From Dendrobates tinctorius (Eukaryota), in the NCBI RefSeq assembly GCF_039654945.1, contig NW_027361819.1, positions 5,518,001-5,582,000 of the forward strand: 64,000 nt of DNA, given 5' to 3'. Position 1 is the stretch's first letter. Each line of letters opens with the position of its first letter. Position numbers and translations under genes: made by a program. The notes below the pieces were generated by a model that saw nothing but the letters and a program-made list of their open reading frames with translations, searched no databases and was not told the origin of the DNA. Positions 51,305-64,000 of this stretch are shown here, one piece after another.

Positions 51305-52882
51305 GCCCCCTCATAGAATATAAAGCAGCCCCCTCACATAGTATAATGCAGCCATCTCATAGAATATAATGCAGCCATCTCATAGAATATAATACTGCCC
51401 CCCTCATAGGGTATAATACTGCCCCCCTCATAGGGAATAATGCACCCCCTCATAGGGTATAATGCACCCCCTCATAGGGTATAATGCTGCCCCCCTCATA
51501 GGGTATAATACTGCCCCCCTCATAGGGTATAATACTGCCCCCCTCATAGGGAATAATGCACCCCCTCATAGGGAATAATGCACCCCCTCATAGGGTATAA
51601 TGCTGCCTCCTCATAGGGTATAATGCTGCCTCCTCATAGGGTATAATGCTGCCCCCTCATAGGGTATAATACTGCCTCCTCATAGGGTATAATGCTGCCC
51701 CCTCATAGGGTATAATACTGCCTCCTCATAGGGTATAATGCTGCCTCCTCATAGGGTATAATGCTGCCTCATAGGGTATAATGCTGCCTCCTCATAGGGT
51801 ATAATGCTGCCTCCTCATAGGGTATAATACTGCCCCCCTCATAGGGTATAATACTGCCCCCCTCATAGGGAATAATGCTGCCTCCTCATAGGGTATAATA
51901 CTGCCCCCTCATAGGTTATAATAATGCCCCCCTCATAGGGTATAATAATGCCCCCCTCATAGGGAATAATGCTGCCTCCTCATAGGGTATAATGCTGCCC
52001 CCTCATAGGGTATAATACTGCCTCCTCATAGGGTATAATGCTGCCTCCTCATAGGGTATAATGCTGCCTCCTCATAGGGTATAATGCTGCCTCCTCATAG
52101 GGTATAATACTGCCCCCCTCATAGGGAATAATGCTGCCTCCTCATAGGGTATAATACTGCCCCCTCATAGGTTATAATAATGCCCCCCTCATAGGGTATA
52201 ATAATGCCCCCCTCATAGGGAATAATGCTGCCTCATAGGGTATAATACTGCCCCCCTCATAGGGTATAATGCTGCCTCCTCATAGGGTATAATGCTGCCT
52301 CCTCATAGGGTATAATACTGCCCCCCTCATAGGGAATAATGCTGCCTCCTCATAGGGTATAATGCTGCCTCCTCATAGGGTATAATACTGCCCCCCTCAT
52401 AGGGTATAATGCTGCCTCCTCATAGGGTATAATACTGCCCCCCTCATAGGGAATAATGCTGCCTCCTCATAGGGTATAATGCTGCCTCCTCATAGGGTAT
52501 AATACTGCCCTCCTCATAGGGTATAATACTGCCCCCCTCATAGGGTATAATGCTGCCTCCTCATAGGGAATAATGCTGCCTCCTCATAGGGTATAATACT
52601 GCCCCCCTCATAGGGTATAATACTGCCCCCCTCATAGGGTATAATGCTGCCCCCTCATAGGTTATAATACTGCCCCCCTCATAGGGAATAATGCTGCCCC
52701 CCTCATAGGGTATAATACTGCCCCCCTCATAGGGTATAATACTGCCCCCTCATAGGGTATAATAATGCCCCCCTCATAGGGTATAATAATGCCCCCCTCA
52801 TAGGGAATAATGCACCCCCTCATAGGGTATAATGCTGCCCCCTCATAGGGTATAATGCTGCCTCCTCATAGGGTATAATGCT
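51305..52882. repeat. 23-24-bp minisatellite
   Basis: Unit CCTCATAGGGTATAATGCTGCC(T/C). Confidence 0.97.
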
Positions 52883-53232
52883 ATATAGATATATAGATAT
52901 AGAGTTAGATAGATATAGATAGAAAGATAGATGTAGAAATAGATAGATATAGAGATAGAAAGTAGATAATGGATAGAAAGTAGATAATGGATAGATATAG
53001 ATAGAAAGATTCATAGAGATAGATAGAGATAGATAGAGATAGATATAAAGATAGATATAGATAGAAATATAGATAGATAGATCGATAGGTAGATAGATAT
53101 AGAGATAGATAGAAAATAGATAATGGATAGATATAGAGATAGATGGCTATAGATAGAAAGATATAGGGATAGATAGATATATATATAGAGATAGATAATA
53201 GATAGAGATAGATAATAGATAGAGATATACAG

Positions 53233-53267
<35 letters not shown>

Positions 53268-55112
53268 TAGACACATATAGATAGATATAGAGATAAATAT
53301 ATATAGATAGATGGCTATAAATNNNNNNNNNNNNNNNNNNNNNNNNNNNNNNNNNNNNNNNNNNNNNNNNNNNNNNNNNNNNNNNNNNNNNNNNNNNNNN
53401 NNNNNNNNNNNNNNNNNNNNNNNNNNNNNNNNNNNNNNNNNNNNNNNNNNNNNNNNAGATATGTATAGAGATAGATATAGAGTTAGAAAGATAGATAAAG
53501 AGATAGATAGAGATAGATAGATAGATGGATAGATAGATATAGATAATAGAGATAATAGATAGATATAATAGATAGATATAGAGATAGATATAGAGATAGA
53601 TGGATAGATCAATAGATAGATAGATAAAGAGCGAGAGATAGAGATAGAGATTGATAGATAATGAGATATAGAGATAGATATAGAGATATAGTGTTAGATA
53701 GAAAGATAGATATGGATATAGAGAACAGATATAGAGATAGATAGATATAGAGATAATATATAGATGGCTATAGAGAGAGAGAGATATAGAGATAGATATA
53801 GAGAGAAACAGATATATATATATATATATATATAGAGATAGATATAGAGATAGATAGGTAGATAGATATAGAGATAATAGAGATAGATAGAGATAGAGAG
53901 AGCGGTAGATAGAGAGAGAGATAGATATAGAGAGAGATAGATACAGAGATCGATAAATAGATAGAGATAGATATAGATAATAGATAGAGATAGATAGATA
54001 AAGATAGATCATAAATATAGAGATAACAGATAGATATAGAGAGAGTAAGATAGAAAGATATAGCGATAGGTAGATATAGATAATAGAGATAGCTAGATAG
54101 ATAGACATAATAGATAGATATACGGTAGATATAGATAGATATAGATATAAAGATAGATATAGAGATAGATGTAGAGATAGAAAGATAGATATAGAGATAG
54201 AGCGATAGATATAGATAGATAGAGAAAGATAGATAGATATAGAGATAGATATAGAGATAGAAAGATAGATAGATATACAGAGTGATAGATATAGAGATAG
54301 AGATAAATAGATAGATATAGAGAGAGATATAGAGAGAAATAGATATAGATATAGAGATAATAGATATAGAGATAGATAGATATAGAGAGAGATAGATACA
54401 GAGAAAAGATATAGAGATAAATAGATAAAGATAGATAGATATATAGATATAGAGATAGAAAGACAGATAAAGAGAGCGATAGATAGATATACAGAGAGAT
54501 AGATATAGAGATAGATAGAGATACAGTATATAGATAGATAGCTATAGAGATATAGAGATAGATATAGAGAGAAATAGAGATAGATATAGAGATAGATAGA
54601 GATAGATTTATAGATATAGATATAAAGATAGATATAGAGATAGATATAGAGATAGAGCGATAGATAGCGAGAGATATAGATATAGAGATAGATAGATACA
54701 GAGAAAAGATATAGAGATAGATAACAGATAGATAAATAGATAGATAGGTATAGAGATAGATAGATATAGATATTAGATAGAGATATATATAGATAAAGAT
54801 AGATAGATATAGATGGTAGCTAGATAGATAATAAATATAGAGATAATAGATATAGAGATAGATAGATATAGAGATGAGATATATATATATAGATAGATAT
54901 AGAGATAGATAGATATAGAGATAGATGTAGAGATAGAAAGATAGACATAAAGATAGAGTGATAGAGATAGATAATAGATAGATATAGATAATAGATAGAG
55001 ATAGATAGATATAGATAATGAGATAGAAAGATAGATATAAGAGAGATAGAGAGATATATAGAGAAATAGAGATAGATAGATAGAGAGAGACAGATAGAGA
55101 GAGCGAGAGATA
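52883..55112. repeat. (GATA/GA/TA) microsatellite field
   Basis: AGAT-rich low-complexity sequence. Confidence 0.97.
53323..53456. other. Assembly gap
   Basis: Run of 134 N. Confidence 0.99.
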
Positions 55113-55899
55113 TAAAAAAACAAAACAAACCACAATACTCACCTCTCCTCCTCGCTCCCACGCTGATCCCGGCTTCAGTGTCAGGAGCTGCCCCCTCTGC
55201 CAGACACACAGCGGGTGCGCGATGTAGTGACGTCATCGCCCACTGGCTGTGAGCCAGGAGCAGAGAGGACTGAGGGCAGCGCCGGCCCTGATGCAGAGCG
55301 GCTCACTGGGCTGGGGGCGGGGTCTTTGGGGGTGTGGGGGGCGGGGCCTCTGGGGGTGGAGACCTGAAATGATATGCTTCGCAGTGAATATTCATTTCTC
55401 TTTAGCAGCGGGGACAGGGGCCCCCATAGCAGCTGCATGGTGTGCGACACACCACTGGCTGGGGGCCCCTGGAGCAGCGGGGGCCCTAGGCAACTGCTGG
55501 CCCTGTATGCCAGCAGGTGCCAGGGCCCACCAGATGCCAGGGCCCACCGGAGAATCCTCCGGTTCCCCGGTGGGCCAGTCCGACGCTGGGCGTCGTGCCG
55601 GAATGCCGGATCCGGCAAATGTTTAGTAAAACCTGATGTGCTGGATCCGGTTTTCTGCCGGATCCGTCTTGTTCTTGACAGACAAAACCGGATCCGTCTC
55701 ATCCGGTTCATCCGTTTTTCTATCCGTTTTTCGACGGATTACGCCGGATCCGTTTTTTAAAATTGACCCTTGTGGCCTTCCGAACGGGATTGGCTACTGG
55801 AAAACTAGATATAGCATGTTCCTACAGCCCTTCTTTGACAGGTTGTAGAGAAGAAAGTGCAGGTTGGAAAGAAGAGCAAGTTACTGGCGAAGATGGATG

Positions 55900-56018
55900 T
55901 TGTCATTGGAAATATTACCACTAGAAGTTCTGTGACGGTTTCAGTAATGAGGGACAATTTTGCACTATACTTTATGTCACCTCAAGGCAGAGTACACTGG
56001 CAGGATGACAGAGTGTGA
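55900..56018 (+). pseudogene. C-terminal remnant of the inner Harbinger transposase
   Basis: TRSSVTVSVMRDNFALYFMSPQGRVHWQDDRV*, homologous to 50930-51060. Confidence 0.8.
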
Positions 56019-56517
56019 GAGATTTGTGCCCTAAACTTGTGTACCTTCTGGACCAACAGTATATACCTTTGCCAACCAAAGTTGGCTATCTTGTCATGAT
56101 CTTACTATTTTTAGCTTTAGGCCACAGGTGTGTACCTGGTTGTGTTTTATGCAAAGTATTTCACCTTTTAACAAAAGTTGTGTACATTGTTAGGAAATCA
56201 CCAACAATAAACACAACTTTTTAGGTGAAATACTTTGCTTCAAACACAACCAGGAACACAACTGTGGCAAAAAGCTAAAATTTACCCACAGTTATATACC
56301 TGGTTTTGAATACCTTTTTACCTTTGAAATACCCTGTATTTAACCTTTTTTTTAAACATAGTTCGCCGCAGAAAGAAATGACAGACAACCATTGTGAAAC
56401 GATAATTTAACTTTTATTTAAAATTTTTTTTTTTTTGTAAAATGTTTTTAAAGTGCAAAAAACTTTTTTAATAAAGGTTTTAAACCCAATGGGCATTTTT
56501 ATTACAAAAAACACACA

Positions 56518-59007
56518 TTACAAATCTGTGTAGTGTGGGGTGGAAATACTGCTGGAGGGGCTGTGGGACACTTCGACACTGGGTGTGTGGAGAGAGGACT
56601 GGGATCGTGGTGGGGAAGGAACAGTTAGAGGTGAAGGTGTGGAAAAAGCTACAGAATGGGTGGACATGTGGGAAGCAGAAGAGGTGGTGGGTGGTGGAGT
56701 GGAGGGTTGGGCAGGGACTGTAGGAGCAGATGATGTTGATGGAAAGTTGTATGGGGAAGGAGTTTGGTACGGGGAAGGAGTTTGGTACGGGGAAGGAGTT
56801 TGGTACGGGGAAGGAGTTTGGTACGGGGAAGGAGTTTGGTACGGGGCAGGTTGCTGGAAGAGGGGAGATGTCTGGTACTGGGGAGGTTGCTGGTACTGGG
56901 GAGGTTGCTGGTACTGGTGAGGTTGCTGGTATGTAATAGGAGGGGGAGGATGGAAAGTGGCTGGAGGGGGTGCAGATGTAATAGGAGGGGGAGGATGGAA
57001 AGTGGCTGGAGGGGGTGCAGATGTAATAGGAGGGGGAGGATGGAAAGTGGCTGGAGGGGGTGCAGATGTAATAGGAGGGGGAGGATGGAAAGTGGCTGGA
57101 GGGGGTGCAGATGTAATAGGAGGGGGAGGATGGAAAGTGGCTGGAGGGGGTGCAGGTGGAGGAACTACAGTGGTGGGAGGTGGAGGTTGGGAGGTAACCT
57201 GCTGTAGAGCACCGTGGCACGAATGCATTACATGCATCTGCTGGGCAGGAGAGAGCGTTTCCATGCGCTCCACAACAGACCTGAAAAAGGTGTGGTTTGG
57301 CGAAGATCTTGCTTCTGAATGCATGGTTTGCAGAAGTGTCTTCACCTCCAGACTGCTGGAGTTGATCTGCTGATAGCCTGCGGAGATTTGCTCTGACAAG
57401 ACTTTTAGACAGTTCTGGAAAGATGCATTCAGATGCAAGAACTCTGGCGCATAACTCTTTTCCTGACCCCTCTGCCGCTGCCGCCCAGTACCCGCAGGTG
57501 TACTAGAGGTGGCAGGGGCAGAAGGGTGGGGTAAAGGGAAAGCGATCTCCTCACCAGCAGCTTCATGTAATGTAGGCGGCCACGATGCTCCTGTGCTGGT
57601 GGATGGGACAGATGGGTCGAATGTGTGGGAAGGCTGGGAAGGTGCAGATGTACCGGGGCGGTCAAAGTGTCCCTCGGTGCCGGTCTCCTCAGGGATCGCC
57701 TCAGAAGGGTCCAATCGTGCAGGCTCCCGAGTGCTGCTCACCGTGCTGTGGAATAAAGAGAAAAAAAAACAATTAAAATACTGACATGGTATGGCCCTGG
57801 CTGAAAATAAAAAGTTACATCTAACATTTTTTTCACATGTGGTGTGTAATATTTACCTTCTGGTGAGCATTGTTTCCCGGAGGAACGACAGGGCTCGTGA
57901 GTACTTGTACTTGCTCCTGCGTCCTCCAGATCCACTCGGGGCCCGCATCTCTTTATTGAACTCCTTCTTGAAACGATCCCTCACAGACCGCCACCGCTTC
58001 ACAATTCTGTTCCCTGAAACGAGAAAGGAGTGGTTAGTATACAACATCAGTGTTTCACAAACTCCAGTCCTCATGGTCCCCAGGGGTCATGTTTTCAGGA
58101 TTTCCATAGTAAATAGAAATCCTGAACACATGATCCGTGGGGACCACGAGGACTGGAGTTCGGGAAACACTGGTTTACATCAAGCAACCGGTACTGTATA
58201 TACTTACGCTCTTTAATCTGGGCCCGAACATCGAGGTCCTCCCAGCGGCCCACAAGGAGCGAACAGATTTCCTCCCAGAGTCGTCGGGTAACGATAAGGT
58301 CAGCGTGGCGGCGGTCAGCCATATTCCAGAGCGGCTCCCTTTCTCTGACGAGATCGATGAGGTGGTCCACATCTCACCGTCAGAGTCGGGAGCACGCTGT
58401 GAAGGCTGTTAAAGAAAAAGACAAAAATAACATAATTAGCCTCCACAAAAGAAATGAAATAAAAAGTGCAAAAAAACAAAGCAAAAATATTTATACTTAC
58501 ACGCTGGTGACCGCCGCGTTGCTGTCGCCGACGACCCTGGGAGGCACTGCGAGGACCTCTTGGCCGAGCACCAGATTGGGAAGACTAGAGAAGAAAACAA
58601 AAAATGTTATGTCTTTGGATGTAGGCATTTGTTTGCTGTGTGTGGTCTGCAGAACATTGTTTTCTATGTGTTGTGTGTAGTGTGATGTTGTGTTTCTGCG
58701 TTTGATGCAAAAAACTTACCAATTGTGAGCCCACTCCAGGTGTCTGTCCACCCCTTCCTTCTTCTTCTGGGAGTTCCTCTTCATCTTGTGATTCCTGTTT
58801 TGAAATAAAAGGCAATGAATAGACATATATTACAGAGATGATGGATTTTGGAAATAAAAACTTACCGTCAAACGCTGACGATGCGAGGGAGGGCTCCCAG
58901 AAGAAGATGTGCTGTCCTGTTGATGGCCAGACTCCATGGCTGTGGGTATTGCTGCTGCTGTTGCCAGTGATGCCATTGCTGCTGCTGCTGCTGCATCTCT
59001 TTGGCGG
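56518..59007 (-). pseudogene. Harbinger MADF/Myb-like gene of the inner element
   Basis: Exons 58866-59007, 58720-58794, 58501-58584, 58208-58405, 57857-58013 and 56518-57745; shares 84-nt and 157-nt exon sizes with the outer copy; 13-nt deletion frameshift at ~58375; Pro-rich repeat tail. Confidence 0.85.
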
Positions 59008-59893
59008 CTGTTGAATAAAGAGAAACAAAGGGCCAATGAATATCTTGATATTCCATGGCCCTAGTTTGGAGGAATGGGGGATTTGATAATTACCGTCTCT
59101 CATCTGCTGCTGGACTCCCCTCCTCAGCATGTTCCATTTGCTGCTCCATTTGGGGTGGTGCTGATGGTGCTGCTGCTGCAGATGTCTGCTGCCTTCTCCT
59201 GCTCCTGGTTCTTGGCTTGGGTGGCATGTTGGGTGTGGCTGAGGGTCCCATTGTCTTGCTTTTATATATCTCCTGTGGGCAGAGCTACTGAGCATGCTCA
59301 GACCAAAAAACCGGATCCGGTGCATTGCGGCGCTCATAGGCTTTCATTGTGTGAAAAAGCCGGACGCGCCGGATCCGGCGTGTCCGGCTTTTTCGCCGGA
59401 GACAAAAAACGTTACAGTAGCCGTTTTTTCCAGACGCCGGATCGCGACACATTGCCGGATCCGGCGAAAACCGGATGAAACGCATGGCCATCCGGCGAGA
59501 TCCGGCGCAAATGCAAGTCAATGGGGGGGAAACCGGATCCGGCATTGCATTTCGCCGGATCCGGTTTCCGTCAAAAGCGCCGGATCGCGCCTGACGGCGA
59601 AAACCTGATGTGTGAAAGAGGCCTTAGTAATAACCAAATTGTGTAGCCCACCATGCTTTCACCACCTCATCCATAGTGTCAGTTTTCAAGTTAATTGCGG
59701 TCCACAGAACTCTCCATTTTGCGGTAAGAATTCCAAAAGAACCCTCCGCCATCCTCCGTTCTCGCGTCAGGTGATAGTTGAACACTCTTTTTGTTGGTGT
59801 CAAGTCTCTGCTTGCGTACGGCTTGAGCCGGTGTTCCGACAGTTGAAACGCTTCATCACCTACGGAGACAAATGGCAGTGGTGGCCCCGAAGT

Positions 59894-61355
59894 CTCCATA
59901 ATCTTTGAAAATTCTTGGAGAACAGGAGAAGTGCCAGAAGACTGGAGAAGAGCAAATGTTGTTCCTATCTTCAAAAAGGGGAAGAAGGTGGACCCAGGCA
60001 ACTATAGGCCGGTGAGTCTGACTTCTATACCAGGAAAGATCTTTGAACAAATTATTAAACAACATGTATGTCAATACCTGGATAAGAATGAAGTGATTAA
60101 ACAGAGTCAGCATGGGTTTGTAACTAATAAGTCATGTCAGACTAACTTAATTTCCTTCTATGATGGAATCACTGATTGGGTGGATCAAGGAAATGCTGTA
60201 GATATAGTATATCTTGACTTCAGCAAAGCATTTGACAAAGTCTCTCATACAATCCTTATTGAAAAAATGACTAAGTATGGAATGGACAAGGCAACTGTTA
60301 GGTGGATTCATAACTGGCTTAGTGATCGGACCCAAAGAGTGGTCGTAAATGGCTGCACATCCAGTTGGAAGAATGTCTCAAGTGGGGTACCACAGGGCTC
60401 TGTCCTGGGCCCTGTATTGTTCAACATCTTTATCAACGATTTAGATGAAGGAATTGAGGGTAAACTGATTAAATTTGCTGATGATACAAAGCTAGGAGGG
60501 ATAGCTAATACTAGAGAAGAGAGAGAGAGGATTCAAAAAGATTTAAATAAACTGGAGAAGTGGGCAGCAACTAACAGAATGGTTTTTAACGGAGAAATGC
60601 AAAGTACTACATCTGGGCAATAAAAATGAAAAAAGCATATACAGAATGGGAGGAATAGGGCTAAGCGACAGCACATGTGAAAAAGACTTGGGTATACTAA
60701 TAGATAACAGACTGAATATGAGTCAACAGTGTGATGCAGCAGCAAAAAAGGCAAATGCAATTCTAGGACGTATTAACAGAAGCATACAGTCTAGATCACG
60801 TGAAGTCATTATTTCCCTCTACTCCTCTTTGGTCAGACCTCATCTGGAATATTGTGTCCAGTTTTGGGCACCACATTTTAAAAAAGACATCAACAAACTG
60901 GAACAAGTTCAGAAAAGAGCGACCAGAATGGTGACCGGTCTGCAAACCCTGTCTTATGAGGAAAGGTTGCAGGATTTGGGAATGTTTAGTTTGCAAAAGA
61001 GAAGACTGAGAGGAGACTTAATAGCTGTCTACAAATATCTAAAGGGCTGTCACATTGTAGAAGGATCATCTTTATTCTCATTTGCACAAGGAAAGACTAG
61101 AAGCAATGGGATGAAACTGAATGGGAGGAGACACAGATTAGATATTAGAAAAAACTTTTTGACAGTTAGAGTGATCAATGAGTGGAACAGGCTGCCACGA
61201 GAAGTGGTGAGTTCTCCTTCAATGGAAGTCTTCAAACAGAGGCTGGACAGACATCTGACTGGGATGATTTAGCGAATCCTGCTTTGAGCAGGGGGTTGGA
61301 CCAGATGGCCCAGGAGGTCCCTTCCAACTCTAAGATTCTATGATTCTATGATTCT
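59894..61355 (+). mobile_element. CR1 LINE, 5'-truncated, inserted in the Harbinger transposase
   Basis: PEDWRRANVVPIFKKG...NYRPVSLTS...YLDFSKAFD...FADD; frameshift at ~60590-60635; (ATTCTATG)n tail; short TSD AAGT. Confidence 0.95.
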
Positions 61356-62600
61356 AAGTTTGAGGACGCGGTCTTGGAGGTGGGAATTGGAATGTGTTTC
61401 CATACAAATTACGGACCATTGCTGAAACTTTAAGAACTTGTGAGTCATTGGAACGTCCATGGGCCCCAATATCCACCACAATGAATTTGTACTTGGCGTC
61501 TGCAATGGCCACCAGGACCGATCCCGATCCTGCTGGTTTAGTGATCCTGATGTGCTTGCCATCATTTGCACCCAGGCAATTTGGAAACGGACATGCTGTA
61601 AAATTGGTCAGCTATTTCGGGCCACCTCTCTGTTGTGGGCTGTGGGATAAACTCTTCCCGTAGACCGTCCCACAATGCGCGGCATGTGTATGTGATGAAA
61701 CCTGATAAGGTTGAAATCCCAATCCCATACTGGTAATGGAGCGAGGAAAGGAATTCGTCTGTTGCAAGGAATCTGTGGGAAAAGTCAAAAACAATAATTA
61801 ATGCAAAATAGCAGCAACAACAGGAGGAGGACACACATTTCCAGTAGAGTGAAGTCTGCTCTGGAGGAGAAGCAATAACAATTGGCTTACCGGAGAGTGA
61901 CCGTCAAACGCTCCGGTGCTGAGATGGAGAAGCGGCAGTAGGTGTCACGTCTGCGTTCTCCAACCCTGTCCAGCAAAAAGTCAAAAGTTTCCACTTTCAT
62001 CCGCGTATCAAGCAAAAACTTCTCTGGATTTCCTCGCAACGCCAGATATAATGCCGCAAAGACTCCCAGTGTCAGACTCAGTGCAGTTATAGGGTGAATC
62101 CAGAAACGGCGTCGGCGTAGAAGCAGGACACGCTGCCTTTGTTGCTCCTTCGCTGCCAAAGAATTGGCCTCAAAAGTGAAATCAATGTAAGCCTGCGCGA
62201 TGCTCCCAATAATGGCTTCCATCTCGCTCCAAAGCAACAACCTCTCAGCAGGGTGTAAACCAAGGGAGGTATAGGGATTCCTGTGAACACCACGAGACAA
62301 GGGTGGCTTTTGGGTGTTTTTTAAAAACCGGATCCGGCAAAAAACGGACGAAACGGATGGAAAAACTGATGCAGCGGTTCCTTGCCGGATCCGGCCACCG
62401 GACTATGCCACAACAGGGAAAAAACCGGAAACGGTGCATCAGTTTTTTACATTTTATGCCGGATCCGGCAATGCAGCACAGCACCTGATGCGAGATAACT
62501 GAAGTGTGAAAGTCGCCTAATTTCACCCCAAAACCCATTCTGGCACAGAAAAGTCTCAAAAAAGCGGATCCGGTGCATTAATTGTTTGCCAATCTTCACT

Positions 62601-64000
62601 GGATACACGGCTCAGCAGTCAGTATCACACAGGAGAGGATTAGATACACGGCTCAGCAGTCAGTATCACACGGGATAGGATTAGATACACGGCTCAGCAG
62701 TCAGTATCACACAGGAGAGGATTAGATACACGGCTCAGCAGTCAGTATCACACGGGATAGGATTAGATACACGGCTCAGCAGTCAGTATCACACAGGAGA
62801 GGATTAGATACACGGCTCAGCAGTCAGTATCACACGGGATAGGATTAGATACACGGCTCAGCAGTCAGTATCACACGGGATAGGATTAGATACATGGCTC
62901 AGCAATCAGTGTCACACAGGAGAGGATTAGATACACGGCTCAGCAGTCAGTATCACACAGGAGAGGATTAGATACATGGCTCAGCAGTCAGTATCACACA
63001 GGGGAGGATTAGATACATGGCTCAGCAGTCAGTATCACACAGGATAGGATTAGATACACAGCTCAGCAGTCAGTATCACACAGGAGAGGATTAGATACAC
63101 GGCTCAGCAGTCAGTATCACACAGGAGAGGATTAGATACATGGCTCAGCAGTCAGTATCACACAGGGGAGGATTAGATACACGGCTCAGCAGACAGTATC
63201 ACACAGGATAGGATTAGATACACAGCTCAGCAGTCAGTATTAAACAGGATAGGATTAGATACACGGCTCAGCAGTCAGTATCACACAGGAGAGGATTAGA
63301 TACACGGCTCAGCAATCAGTATCACACAGGACAGGATTAGATACACGGCTCAGCAGTCACTATCACACAGGAGAGGATTAGATACACGGCTCAGAAGTCA
63401 GTATCACACAGGAAAGGATTAGATACACGGCTCAGCAATCAGTATCACACAGGAGAGGATTAGATACACGGCTCAGCAGTCAGTATCACACAGGAGAGGA
63501 TTAGATACACGGCTCAGCAGTCAGTATCACACAGGAGAGGATTAGATACACGGCTCAGCAGTCAGTATCACACAGGAGAGGATTAGATACACGGCTCAGC
63601 AGTCAGTATCACACAGGAGAGGATTAGATACACGGCTCAGCAGTCAGTATCACACAGGAGAGGATTAGATACATGGCTCAGCAGTCAGTATCACACAGGG
63701 GAGGATTAGATACACGGCTCAGCAGTCAGTATCACACAGGATAGGATTAGATACACGGCTCAGCAGTCAGTATCACACAGGAGAGGATTAGATACACGGC
63801 TCAGCAGTCAGTATCACACAGGAGAGGATTAGATACACGGCTCAGCAGTCAGTATCACACAGGAGAGGATTAGATACACGGCTCAGCAGTCAGTATCACA
63901 GGAGAGGATTAGATACACGGCTCAGCAGACAGTATCACACAGGATAGGATTAGATACACAGCTCAGCAGTCAGTATTAAACAGGATAGGATTAGATACAC
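62601..64000. repeat. 41-bp satellite array (runs off the window)
   Basis: Unit GATTAGATACACGGCTCAGCAGTCAGTATCACACAGGAGAG. Confidence 0.97.

Larger units (their letters stand above)
51140..55588 (+). mobile_element. Non-autonomous hAT carrying satellites
   Basis: TIR CAGCGTCGGACTGG / CCAGTCCGACGCTG; 8-bp TSD GGCGTCGT at 51132-51139 and 55589-55596. Confidence 0.92.
51090..59623. mobile_element. Inner Harbinger (transposase-deleted, MADF gene retained)
   Basis: 46-bp TIRs GGCTACTTTCACACATCAGGTTTTCGGCGTCAGGCGCGATCCGGCG (3 mismatches); TSD TTA at 51087-51089 and 59624-59626. Confidence 0.92.
50930..62222 (-). pseudogene. Harbinger DDE transposase of the outer element, split by insertions
   Basis: Exon 1 61891-62222 (RRRFWIHP...ISAPERLTVTLR). 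Exon 2 pieces 61360-61772 (RFLAT..., DGKHIRI, VDIGAHGRSND), 59624-59893 (VGDEAF, FNYHLTRERRMAE..FGIL..KWR) and 50930-51089 (RD..MSPGGRVEWQ). Confidence 0.9.
43960..62517. mobile_element. Outer Harbinger transposon (Myb/MADF gene on +, transposase on -, convergent), heavily nested
   Basis: Left end CGCTCCTTTCAGACATCAGTTTTTCTGCATCAGG versus right end (reverse complement) GGCGACTTTCACACTTCAGTTATCTCGCATCAGG, followed by TAA; GGATCCGG subterminal repeats at both ends. The left TSD is not recognisable. Confidence 0.7.

Noticed and set aside
52820-55236. Ile/Tyr/Ser/Leu-rich ORFs
   Set aside because: GATA microsatellite spanning an assembly gap.

Overview
Vertebrate genomic DNA, most likely a frog (inferred from the repeat landscape). 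There are two host genes, both on the minus strand and both reconstructed exon by exon from GT/AG sites and reading phase. The first is a 6-exon prostasin-like (prss8) serine protease (CDS 12265->599, 325 aa). The second is a 15-exon FUS gene (CDS 43515->31676, 556 aa) with a TATA/CpG promoter. The rest is mostly transposons and tandem arrays: four L2 LINEs, two near-identical CR1 LINEs, a mariner relic whose transposase C-terminus has amplified into a 55-bp satellite, a non-autonomous Helitron, two hAT elements with 8-bp TSDs, Tc1/pogo MITEs, a Penelope-like fold-back with a hammerhead-like core, and an ~18.5-kb nested Harbinger complex just upstream of FUS. Main observations: (i) an altFUS-like +1 ORF stays open from exon 3 to exon 9, so exon-7 skipping would splice it in frame onto the FUS RRM/ZnF/NLS; (ii) the prostasin-like protease lacks both cysteines of the light-chain tether and has extra core cysteines; (iii) a satellite derives from transposase coding sequence; (iv) two tandem paralogous coding-like units at 26-28 kb are unidentified. 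All coordinates were read by hand and no database searches were run.
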